In this document: in pieces, positions 17,139 through 24,000 of the stretch | Layout of the letters: every line of letters begins with the position of its first letter | Numbering within the stretch: the first letter of the stretch is position 1 | DNA from: Pseudomonas phage PaMx73 | Reading direction: 5' to 3' (one strand) | Length of the DNA stretch: 24,000 nucleotides | Sequence record: JQ067085.2 | The notes under the pieces: model-generated | What the model was told of the DNA's origin: nothing | What the model saw: only the letters and a program-made list of their open reading frames with translations | Databases searched by the model: none | Position numbers and translations under genes: made by a program

Positions 17139-17605
17139 TGGCCAATCGCATCGAGCTGGAGCTGGTGGACCGCGAGGTCCAGGAGCGCCTGGCGGCGCTC
17201 TACGCGGCGGTAACCGACACCCTGCCGCTGATGCGCGGCATTGCTGCCGAGCTGCTGGCCGAGACGGAGTTTGCATTCATGGACGAGGGGCCGGGATGGC
17301 CCCAGTTGAGCCCCGTTACCGTTGCAGCGCGAGCGGCGAAGGGGCGCGGCGCGCATCCAATTCTCCAGGTCACCAACGCCCTGGCGCGCTCGATCACCAC
17401 CCGCGCCGACCGTGACCAGGCGCAGATCGGCTCCAATCTGAGCTACGCAGCTATCCAGCAGTTGGGCGGTCAGGCTGGGCGAGGCCGTAAGGTGACAATC
17501 CCGGCGCGCCCGTATCTGCCGGTCCTCAGAAACGGCCAGCTCAAGCCAAGCGCCCGCGATGCGGTCCTGGACGTCCTTCTAGCTGCTCTATCCCAGGGGC
17601 GCTAG
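17138..17605 (+). CDS. Virion morphogenesis protein, Mu gpG-like
   Basis: 155 aa; GGAGGG before ATG 17138; WPQLSPVTVAARAAKGRG...HPILQVTNALARSI. Confidence 0.85.
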   Translation: MANRIELELVDREVQERLAALYAAVTDTLPLMRGIAAELLAETEFAFMDEGPGWPQLSPVTVAARAAKGRGAHPILQVTNALARSITTRADRDQAQIGSNLSYAAIQQLGGQAGRGRKVTIPARPYLPVLRNGQLKPSARDAVLDVLLAALSQGR

Positions 17606-17626
17606 GGGGAATGAATTCGGACAAGC

Positions 17627-17639
17627 GGCACATTGTGCC
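17627..17639. promoter_or_regulatory. Palindrome 1, candidate Aca1 operator
   Basis: GGCACA-T-TGTGCC, perfect. Confidence 0.75.
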
Positions 17640-17641
17640 TA

Positions 17642-17670
17642 TTGCGTATTAGGCACAATGTGCCTAATCT
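17642..17670 (+). promoter_or_regulatory. Candidate anti-CRISPR operon promoter
   Basis: TTGCGT (17642-17647)-N17-TAATCT (17665-17670), with palindromes immediately upstream of and downstream from the -35. Confidence 0.6.
17648..17668. promoter_or_regulatory. Palindrome 2, candidate Aca1 operator
   Basis: ATTAGGCACA-A-TGTGCCTAAT, perfect 21-bp palindrome. Confidence 0.75.
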
Positions 17671-17717
17671 AGCCTCATGCCAGCCACAACGGCGAGGCGC
17701 TAACAAGGATCGAAGCT

Positions 17718-17915
17718 ATGAAAATCACCAATGACACCACCACCTATGAAGTGGCCGAACTGATGGGTTCGGAGGCGGACGAACTCGATGGACGCATCAT
17801 GTTGGGTCTGCTCAGCCGCGAATGCGTGGTAGACACTGACGAGCTGAGCGAGGATCAATGGCTGGCTCTGATCGACGAGTCGCAGAAAGTTCGCCGCGAA
17901 CAGGAAGCAGAATGA
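17718..17915 (+). CDS. acrIE3: Type I-E anti-CRISPR, AcrIE3-like
   Basis: 65 aa MKITNDTTTYEVAELMGSEADELDGRIMLGLLSRECVVDTDELSEDQWLALIDESQKVRREQEAE; recalled as close to DMS3 AcrIE3; first gene of Aca1-linked operon. Confidence 0.8.
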   Translation: MKITNDTTTYEVAELMGSEADELDGRIMLGLLSRECVVDTDELSEDQWLALIDESQKVRREQEAE

Positions 17916-18214
17916 TGACCATCAGTAAGACAGACATTGACTGTTACCTCCAGACCTACGTTGTTATCGACCCAGTAAGCAACGGGTGGCAGTGGGGAAT
18001 CGATGAGAATGGAGTCGGTGGCGCCCTCCATCATGGCCGAGTAGAGATGGTTGAAGGTGAGAATGGTTACTTCGGTTTGCGTGGCGCCACTCACCCGACC
18101 GAGAAGGAAGCCATGGCCGCCGCGCTCGGGTATCTGTGGAAGTGCCGACAGGACCTGGTGGCCATCGCTCGCAATGATGCAATTGAAGCCGAGAAATACC
18201 GTGCCAAGGCCTGA
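17912..18214 (+). CDS. acrIF4: Type I-F anti-CRISPR AcrIF4
   Basis: 100 aa MMTISKTDIDCYLQTYVVIDPVSNGWQWGIDENGVGGALHHGRVEMV...; recalled as essentially identical to JBD26 AcrIF4; ATGA overlap with upstream gene. Confidence 0.9.
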   Translation: MMTISKTDIDCYLQTYVVIDPVSNGWQWGIDENGVGGALHHGRVEMVEGENGYFGLRGATHPTEKEAMAAALGYLWKCRQDLVAIARNDAIEAEKYRAKA

Positions 18215-18425
18215 CGCCTCCAGCCACAACCCAGACCCGCGCTACCTGCGCGGGCTGCTCAAGAAAGCCGGCATCAGCCAGCGGCGCGCAGCCGAGCTGC
18301 TCGGCCTCAGTGACAGGGTGATGCGCTATTACCTGAGCGAGGATGTCAAAGAGGGCTACCGTCCCGCGCCGTATACCGTCCAGTTCGCCCTGGAGTGCCT
18401 GGCGAGCGACCCGCCATCTGCGTGA
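18201..18425 (+). CDS. aca1: Aca1 anti-CRISPR-associated HTH autorepressor
   Basis: DPRYLRGLLKKAGISQRRAAELLGLSDRVMRYYLSEDVKEGYRPAPYTVQFALECLASDPPSA matches recalled Aca1; GTG 18201 start proposed (ATG 18177 possible). Confidence 0.9.
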   Translation: MPRPDASSHNPDPRYLRGLLKKAGISQRRAAELLGLSDRVMRYYLSEDVKEGYRPAPYTVQFALECLASDPPSA

Positions 18426-18462
18426 TCACCTGATCCGCCCGCAAACGCGCTACACGCGCCGA

Positions 18463-18524
18463 AACGGGGTTAGCCGCTACCTCGCATCAGAGTCGGTGCG
18501 TTAACCCCGTTAGAACCCCGTTAG
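18463..18524. repeat. Inverted copy plus two tandem 11-bp repeats downstream of aca1
   Basis: AACGGGGTTA (18463-18472) inverted to TAACCCCGTT (18502-18511); AACCCCGTTAG twice in tandem (18503-18513, 18514-18524). Confidence 0.75.
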
Positions 18525-18592
18525 AAATCGTTCCATCGCCATCCGCGTGCCAGGGCTTAGCCAGAAGACGGCGCCGGACGGTTTCCGCAGTC

Positions 18593-18647
18593 GTTGAACC
18601 CCTTCACGTAACCGCCGTGCTCGACCGTCGCCACCATTGGCGGCATG
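18593..18647 (+). promoter_or_regulatory. Candidate late promoter/leader element, copy 2
   Basis: GTTGAACCCCTTC...TAA...GTCGCCA-CCAT-TGGCGGC-ATG; similar to 9414-9467. Confidence 0.4.
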
Positions 18648-19751
18648 AAGAAGAACCGCCTACACGTTGCCATCGCCGCCTGCTCGTTCCAGCTCCCCAA
18701 GCTGGAGGACGGCAGCGCCTGGATTCAAGTTACGCCTGCCGGTGAGTTCTGGCCCATGGATGGGCGCCCTATGGATGTGCCGGGCTGGCGGATCGATGCC
18801 GCCAGTGCCGCCGCAGTGATCGAGCGCGCACGGTCGCGCAAGACTCCGCCCGTCCTGGACTACGAGCACCAGACCCTAAAGAAAGAGCAGAACGGCCAGC
18901 CCGCGCCCGCTGCCGGCCGTTTCCTGGACTTCGAATGGCGCGAAGGCTCCGGCCTGTGGGGGCGTGTCGAATACACCGCCCGCGCCGCGAAGCTGATCGA
19001 GGACGGCGAGTACCTCTACTTCAGCCCCGTCTTCAGCTACGCCCCGGACGGCACGGTCCTCTCCATCCTCATGGGCGCAATGACAAATGACCCCGCCATC
19101 GACGGTCTGGAGCCTCTCGCACGCCGAGCGGCCGCGACCTTTGGCCTCTACAACCCCGACGAGGAAACCCCTGTGGATGAACTCCTGAAAGCCATCATCG
19201 CGGCCCTGTCGCTGAAAGAAGGCACGACCGAGGCAGAGGCCATTGCGGCCCTGACCGCCCTGAAGCCGGCCCTGGACGCCCAAGCGACCAACCTGGCCAA
19301 GCTGCGCGAAACCCTCGGCCTGGCCCAGGACGCGGACGTCGAGCAGATCGCCGCCGCCACCGCCCAGCTGAAGGTCGCCGCCCCCGGTAACCCCGACCCG
19401 GCGAAGTATGTGCCCGTTGAAGCTGTCACCCAGCTCCAGGGCCAGGTCGCGGCGCTGACCTCTCGCATCAACGGCGGCGAGCTGGACGGCCTGATCAACA
19501 GCGCTATCCAGGAGGGCCGACTCATTCCGTCCATGGAGCCCTGGGCGCGTGAATACGGCGCCAAGGACTTGGCCGGCCTGAAGAACTACCTGGGCCAGGC
19601 CAAGCCCATCGCCGCCCTGACCCAACAGCAGAGCGCCGGGCGTACCTCGGTGCCTACCTCGGTGGACCAGCTGGACGAGGCCGCCCTCGCGGTTTGCTCG
19701 GCCTTGCAGATCAAGCCGGAGGATTACCTCAAGACCCTGAAAGGCCAGTAA
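18645..19751 (+). CDS. Head maturation protease/scaffold, Mu gpI-like
   Basis: 368 aa; WIQVTPAGEF, PPVLDYEHQT, GLWGRVEYTARAAKLIEDGEYLYFSPVFSY; helical C-terminal scaffold-like region. Confidence 0.9.
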   Translation: MKKNRLHVAIAACSFQLPKLEDGSAWIQVTPAGEFWPMDGRPMDVPGWRIDAASAAAVIERARSRKTPPVLDYEHQTLKKEQNGQPAPAAGRFLDFEWREGSGLWGRVEYTARAAKLIEDGEYLYFSPVFSYAPDGTVLSILMGAMTNDPAIDGLEPLARRAAATFGLYNPDEETPVDELLKAIIAALSLKEGTTEAEAIAALTALKPALDAQATNLAKLRETLGLAQDADVEQIAAATAQLKVAAPGNPDPAKYVPVEAVTQLQGQVAALTSRINGGELDGLINSAIQEGRLIPSMEPWAREYGAKDLAGLKNYLGQAKPIAALTQQQSAGRTSVPTSVDQLDEAALAVCSALQIKPEDYLKTLKGQ

Positions 19752-19760
19752 GGAGGCGCT

Positions 19761-20159
19761 ATGACTGCCCTGACCACCGACCGCAACACCCCGCTCCAGG
19801 ACGCCGAGGTCATCGGCGTGCCGGTAGCGGCCAACGTCCAGGTCTTCGCCGGCGCCATCGTCGTGGCGAACGCTACCGGGTTCGCCGTAGGCGGCAGCAC
19901 CGCCACCGGCTTGACCTACCTGGGCCGCGCTGAGGAATACGTGGACAACCGCAATGGCGCGGACGGCGCCAAGGTCGTCCGTGTGCGCCGCCTGAACGCC
20001 TTCAAGTGGGCGAACGACGGCAGCGTCACCCAGGCGCACCTGATGAAACCCGCCTACATCGTGGACGACCAGACCGTCGCCGCCACGGACGGCACCGAAA
20101 CCCGCTCCCCGGCCGGCCGCATCATCGGCGTCGAACCGGACGGCGTGTGGGTGGAATAA
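19761..20159 (+). CDS. Small head/structural protein (possible decoration protein)
   Basis: 132 aa between protease and major capsid. Confidence 0.6.
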   Translation: MTALTTDRNTPLQDAEVIGVPVAANVQVFAGAIVVANATGFAVGGSTATGLTYLGRAEEYVDNRNGADGAKVVRVRRLNAFKWANDGSVTQAHLMKPAYIVDDQTVAATDGTETRSPAGRIIGVEPDGVWVE

Positions 20160-20186
20160 CAGGCTCACCAACGGAGAACCGGACAC

Positions 20187-21095
20187 ATGCTGATCAACAA
20201 GCAGAGTCTCAACGCGGCATTCGTCGCGATCAAAACCATCTTCAACAACGCCTTCGCGGCGGCCCCCACCACCTGGCAGAAGATCGCCATGGAAGTGCCG
20301 AGCAACACCAGCAGCAACGATTACAAGTGGTTGAGCACCTTTCCGAAGATGCGCCGCTGGATCGGCGCGAAGGTGGTCAAGAACCTGAAAGCCTACAAGT
20401 ACGTTGTCGAGAACGAGGACTTCGAGGCCACCGTCGAGGTGGACCGCAACGACATCGAGGACGACCAAATCGGCATCTACTCGCCCCAGGCGAAGATGGC
20501 CGGTTACTCGGCGGCTCAGCTCCCGGACGAGCTGGTCTATGAAGCGGTCAACGGCGCCTTCACCAAGCCCTGTTTCGACGGCCAGTATTTCATCGACACG
20601 GATCACCCTGTCGGTGATGCCTCGGTGAGCAACAAGGGCACCGCTCCGCTTTCCAACGCCAGCCAGGCGGCGGCGAAGGCAAGTTATGGCGCTGCTCGCA
20701 CTGCGATGAAGAAGTTCAAAGACGAGGAAGGACGTTCCCTCAACGTCTCCCCCAACGTGCTCCTGGTCGGCCCGGCGCTGGAAGACGTGGCGAAGATGCT
20801 GCTCACCAACCCGAAGCTCGCGGACAACACCCCGAACCCCTACGTCGGCACTGCTGAGCTGGTAGTGGACGGGCGTATCGAGTCCGACACCGCCTGGTTC
20901 CTGCTGGACACCACCAAGCCGGTAAAACCGTTCATCTTCCAGCCCAGGAAACAGCCGGAATTCGTTTCCCAGGTCAACCTGGATTCGGATGACGTCTTCA
21001 ACCTGCGCAAGCTGAAGTTCGGCGCCGAAGCCCGCGCTGCTGCCGGTTACGGCTTCTGGCAGCTGGCCTATGGCTCCACCGGCACTGGCGCATAA
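20187..21095 (+). CDS. Major capsid protein, Mu gpT-like
   Basis: 302 aa; SNTSSNDYKWLSTFPKMRRWIGAKVVKNL, LLVGPALEDVAKMLLTNP, FIFQPRKQPEFVSQVNLDSDDVF. Confidence 0.95.
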   Translation: MLINKQSLNAAFVAIKTIFNNAFAAAPTTWQKIAMEVPSNTSSNDYKWLSTFPKMRRWIGAKVVKNLKAYKYVVENEDFEATVEVDRNDIEDDQIGIYSPQAKMAGYSAAQLPDELVYEAVNGAFTKPCFDGQYFIDTDHPVGDASVSNKGTAPLSNASQAAAKASYGAARTAMKKFKDEEGRSLNVSPNVLLVGPALEDVAKMLLTNPKLADNTPNPYVGTAELVVDGRIESDTAWFLLDTTKPVKPFIFQPRKQPEFVSQVNLDSDDVFNLRKLKFGAEARAAAGYGFWQLAYGSTGTGA

Positions 21096-21109
21096 GGGGG
21101 GGGCAGCTC

Positions 21110-21412
21110 ATGGCACGCAAAGCCGCAACTACCGCCAAGCCGACCGCCAGGCTGGCCCGCCAGGCGGCGGGCGATGAAGCCCAGCAGAGCGTCGAGGGCA
21201 TCTTCGTGCGCAGCTATCCGCCGACCTTCCGGCGTGCTGGCTTCGCGTTCACCAGCGAAGGAATCGGAATCGCCCTGTCCGCCCTGACTGAGGCGCAGCT
21301 CAAGGCCATCAAGGAAGAGCCCCAGCTGCGCGTCGAGTCCTGCGAGTTCTTGCCGGACGACGTCGGCGGCGAGGGTGAGCCGTCCGCGTCGGACAACGAC
21401 ACCCAGGAATAA
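21110..21412 (+). CDS. Small Mu-like structural-module protein
   Basis: FRRAGFAFTSEGIGIALSALTEAQLKAIKEEPQLRVE resembles FluMu-type N-terminal domain proteins. Confidence 0.65.
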   Translation: MARKAATTAKPTARLARQAAGDEAQQSVEGIFVRSYPPTFRRAGFAFTSEGIGIALSALTEAQLKAIKEEPQLRVESCEFLPDDVGGEGEPSASDNDTQE

Positions 21413-21473
21413 CCCACCCCAGCAGAGGGACCGCCCCTGGCCACGGATGGCCACCTATTCACAGGAGTTCGAC

Positions 21474-21650
21474 ATGAGCGACCACACCCTGGCCATCAGT
21501 CAACTGACCATCGCCGCGCAGAACGCCGAGCACAACGCTCCGATCATCGAAGCCCAGGGCGACCTCGCCCAGGCCGAGCTGGATCGCCGGGTCGCTGCCG
21601 AGTGCCATAGCGCCATCGACGTCCTGGAGCACCAGGAGCCGCAACAGTGA
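21474..21650 (+). CDS. Small protein of unknown function
   Basis: 58-aa ORF, stop overlaps next start. Confidence 0.5.
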   Translation: MSDHTLAISQLTIAAQNAEHNAPIIEAQGDLAQAELDRRVAAECHSAIDVLEHQEPQQ

Positions 21651-22063
21651 GCTATTGCACCCAGGCCGACCTGGTCGAGCAGTACGGCGAGGCGTCCATC
21701 CGCCAGCTGAGCGACCGCGTCAATAAACCCGCCACGACCATCGATCCGGCGGTCGTGGCCCAGGCTATCGCCGATGCGGACGCGGAGATCGATCTCCACC
21801 TGCACGCCCGCTACCAGCTGCCGCTGGCCCAGGTGCCTGTGGTGCTGAAGCGCGTAGCGTGCGTGCTGGCATTTGCCAACCTGCACACCCAGGTCAAGGA
21901 CGACCACCCCGCGATCCTGGATGCCGAGCGCAAGCGGAAGCTGCTGAGCGGTATTTCCTCCGGGAAGCTCAGCCTGGCCCTGACCAGCTCCGGCACCCCG
22001 GCGCCCATTGCCAACACCGTTCAAATCAGTTCGCAACGCAACGATTTCGGGGGCACCTGGTGA
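21647..22063 (+). CDS. Mu gp36-like (DUF1320) head-tail connector protein
   Basis: MSYCTQADLVEQYGEASIRQLSDR...VAQAIADADAEIDLHLHARYQLPL. Confidence 0.85.
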   Translation: MSYCTQADLVEQYGEASIRQLSDRVNKPATTIDPAVVAQAIADADAEIDLHLHARYQLPLAQVPVVLKRVACVLAFANLHTQVKDDHPAILDAERKRKLLSGISSGKLSLALTSSGTPAPIANTVQISSQRNDFGGTW

Positions 22064-22539
22064 CCACTGCCGAGCCGTTCGATTACCTGTTCCTGGAGAC
22101 GCTCCTGGTCGAGCGCATCCGCGCCGAGGTGCCCGGCCTTCAGGACGTTTCGGGCATCCCCGATCTGGCCACCCTCGACGAACAGCGCCAGGGCTCGCCT
22201 TGCGTCTATGTCGTCTACCTGGGCGACGAGATCGGCACCGGGGCGTCGCACCAGGGCGGCAGTCGGGCGATTCAGACGGTCACCCAGCACTGGGCAGCCG
22301 TGCTGACGTTGTACTACGCCGACGCCCAGGGCGACGGCCAGGGCGCCCGGCGCGAAGCCGGCCCGCTGCTCGGCCAACTGCTCAAGGCACTGACCGGCTG
22401 GGTTCCTGATCAGGGCGTCAGCCCGCTGGCCCGCAGCCCGCAGGCTTCGCCAGTCAGCTACAGCAACGGGTTCTTCTATTTCCCGCTGGTATTCACCGCC
22501 AACTTTGTCTTCCCGAGGCTCAAGTCATGGAAACCGTAA
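22060..22539 (+). CDS. Mu gp37-like (DUF1834) connector/tail completion protein
   Basis: GTG 22060 start; DYLFLETLLVERIRAEVPGLQDVSGIPDLATLDEQRQGSPCVYVVYLG. Confidence 0.75.
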   Translation: MTTAEPFDYLFLETLLVERIRAEVPGLQDVSGIPDLATLDEQRQGSPCVYVVYLGDEIGTGASHQGGSRAIQTVTQHWAAVLTLYYADAQGDGQGARREAGPLLGQLLKALTGWVPDQGVSPLARSPQASPVSYSNGFFYFPLVFTANFVFPRLKSWKP

Positions 22540-22706
22540 AAGTCACCATCACCGCCGAGAAACCCAATCACACCCATGCCGGCAAGCCGGTGGCGCAGGG
22601 CGACGAGATCGAAGTCAGTCGCGCCGATGCCGAGTTTCTGCTGCGCCGTCAATTGATCACCAAGATTCCCGCCGAGCCCAAGGCCGACGAGAAACGCGAC
22701 AAGTAA
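22527..22706 (+). CDS. Small protein of tail/connector module
   Basis: 59 aa METVKVTITAEKPNHTHAGKPVAQGDEIEVSRADAEFLLRRQLI... Confidence 0.65.
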   Translation: METVKVTITAEKPNHTHAGKPVAQGDEIEVSRADAEFLLRRQLITKIPAEPKADEKRDK

Positions 22707-22738
22707 CGCGCAACATCTGATTCCTACGGAGGCCTCAC

Positions 22739-23509
22739 ATGGCACAGGAAACGTATTTCTACGGGCAAGGTGAGATTGACGCCGCGCCTATCGTCAACGG
22801 CGTCCTCGGCAAATGGCGCTGGATTCAGGATGTCTCGGCCATGAGCATCCAGCTCGCAGTCGAGAAGGTCGAGCACAAGGAAAGCTACAGCGGCCAGAAA
22901 GCCCTGGTCCGAAGCTTCCCCATCGGCAAGACCGCCACCGTCAACATCACCCTGCACAGCATCGGCCCGGACAACCTGGCGCTTACTCTCTATGGCAAGG
23001 TCGTGGCCAAGGCGGCGGGCTCCGTGACGGGCGAGGTACTCCCCGCCGACCTGGTGGCTGGCGATGTGATCCGATTGGCCAATTTCGGCGTCAGCGAACT
23101 GGTCATCACCGACAGCGCGAGCAGCCCGGCGCCCCTCGACCCGCAGTATTACGCCCTGCGAGCCGATGGCGCCTACGGCGAGGTCCAACTGCTGGGTCTG
23201 CCGACGCCGGCCCCGACCCAGCCGTTCAAAGCGGCCTATGAGTACGCCGCCACCAAGCAGGTGGGCATGTTCACCGCGCCGCAGCCGACCGTTGCCCTGC
23301 GCTATAAGGGCATCAACCTGGCCGAAGGCGGCGCGCCGGTCATCGTCGAGCTGTACAAGGTCGCGACCGACCCGCTCCAGGAGCTGGCATTGATCAGCGA
23401 CGGCAACACCGTCGCCGGTATGCAGATCAGCGGCGGAATCCTGCTGGACACCAGCAAGCCGGATACCGGCGACCTGGGCCGCTTCGGCCGCATTATTCAG
23501 CTGGGGTGA
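22739..23509 (+). CDS. Putative major tail tube protein (non-contractile tail)
   Basis: 256 aa; AAPIVNGVLGKWRWIQDVSAMSIQLAVEKVEHKESYSGQKALVRSFPIGKTATVNITLHSI. Confidence 0.7.
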   Translation: MAQETYFYGQGEIDAAPIVNGVLGKWRWIQDVSAMSIQLAVEKVEHKESYSGQKALVRSFPIGKTATVNITLHSIGPDNLALTLYGKVVAKAAGSVTGEVLPADLVAGDVIRLANFGVSELVITDSASSPAPLDPQYYALRADGAYGEVQLLGLPTPAPTQPFKAAYEYAATKQVGMFTAPQPTVALRYKGINLAEGGAPVIVELYKVATDPLQELALISDGNTVAGMQISGGILLDTSKPDTGDLGRFGRIIQLG

Positions 23510-23512
23510 GTC

Positions 23513-23998
23513 ATGAAGAAGCCGAACGACACCCCCGTCGATGACAGCCTGGAAGTTCTGTTCCCCGACCGTCGTTTGACGGTCGGGGGCGAGGACCTGG
23601 TTGTCCGCGAGCTGACCTTCGAAGAGCAGCTCACCCACCACGCGGCCCTCAAGGCCATTGCCGAGGCGTTCCTCCAGGTGCCGCGTGAACACCTCGAAGG
23701 AGTCGAGGGCGCGACCATTGCGCTGGACGTGCTGACGGAGCACTGGAAGCTCGTTCTGCCGTTGATTGCCGTGAGCTGTGGCAAGGCGGATGACTGGGTC
23801 CGTTCGCTCCGTCCAAGCGACGGTGAGTCCCTGATGCTGGTCTGGTGGGCAGCCAACCAGGGTTTTTTCGTCCGCCGCCTGTGGCGCCCGATAGTAATGG
23901 CTCAAGCCCTCCAACAACGTGGGGTCGAGTCTTCGCCTGCCTCGTCGCAGCAGGACACCAGCGCGACCAGCTCGGCCGCTACACCGAGCGACAGCTAA
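23513..23998 (+). CDS. Putative tail assembly chaperone
   Basis: 161 aa immediately after tail tube gene; DDLVVRELTF-type N-terminus. Confidence 0.65.
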   Translation: MKKPNDTPVDDSLEVLFPDRRLTVGGEDLVVRELTFEEQLTHHAALKAIAEAFLQVPREHLEGVEGATIALDVLTEHWKLVLPLIAVSCGKADDWVRSLRPSDGESLMLVWWAANQGFFVRRLWRPIVMAQALQQRGVESSPASSQQDTSATSSAATPSDS

Positions 23999-24000
23999 TG

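Noticed and set aside
17858-17911. N-terminal extension of the AcrIF4 ORF as given in the ORF track
   Set aside because: ATG at 17912 has AGGAAG upstream, overlaps the previous stop, and gives the recalled 100-aa AcrIF4 length.
18876-20606. 576-aa minus-strand ORF
   Set aside because: Antisense to the protease, the small structural gene and part of the capsid; high-GC shadow ORF with no recognisable domain.
22724-23917. 397-aa minus-strand ORF
   Set aside because: Fully antisense to the tail tube and chaperone genes; typical high-GC antisense frame.
1-24000. CRISPR arrays, tRNA and rRNA genes
   Set aside because: No regularly spaced direct repeats with unique spacers and no tRNA- or rRNA-like sequence noticed on reading; no tool-based scan was possible.

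Overview
The window looks like the left and central part of a Mu-like transposable siphophage of Pseudomonas (the D3112/B3/DMS3 type). In order it carries: a leftward S24-type repressor; a Ner-like regulator; transposase A and target activator B; small early genes with Gam, GemA-like and Mor-like proteins; a lysis cassette with an overlapping Rz/Rz1 pair; small and large terminase; Mu gp29-like portal; Mu F-like and G-like head genes; an anti-CRISPR operon; a Mu I-like protease/scaffold; a gpT-like major capsid; connector genes; and a siphophage-type tail tube and assembly protein. The strongest accessory finding is the operon at 17.7-18.4 kb. From memory its products match AcrIE3, AcrIF4 and Aca1. 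It is preceded by two palindromes (17627-17639 and 17648-17668) that flank a candidate -35, as expected for Aca1 operators. The best less-characterised candidates are three. First, an antisense, AT-rich gene inserted exactly between small and large terminase (12094-12567), predicted coiled coil plus CxxC-x18-CxxC. Second, a duplicated leader element with a conserved hairpin directly abutting the ATG at 9414-9467 and 18593-18647. Third, an unexplained tandem/inverted repeat block after aca1 (18463-18524). All homology calls are from recall of protein families; no database search was run.
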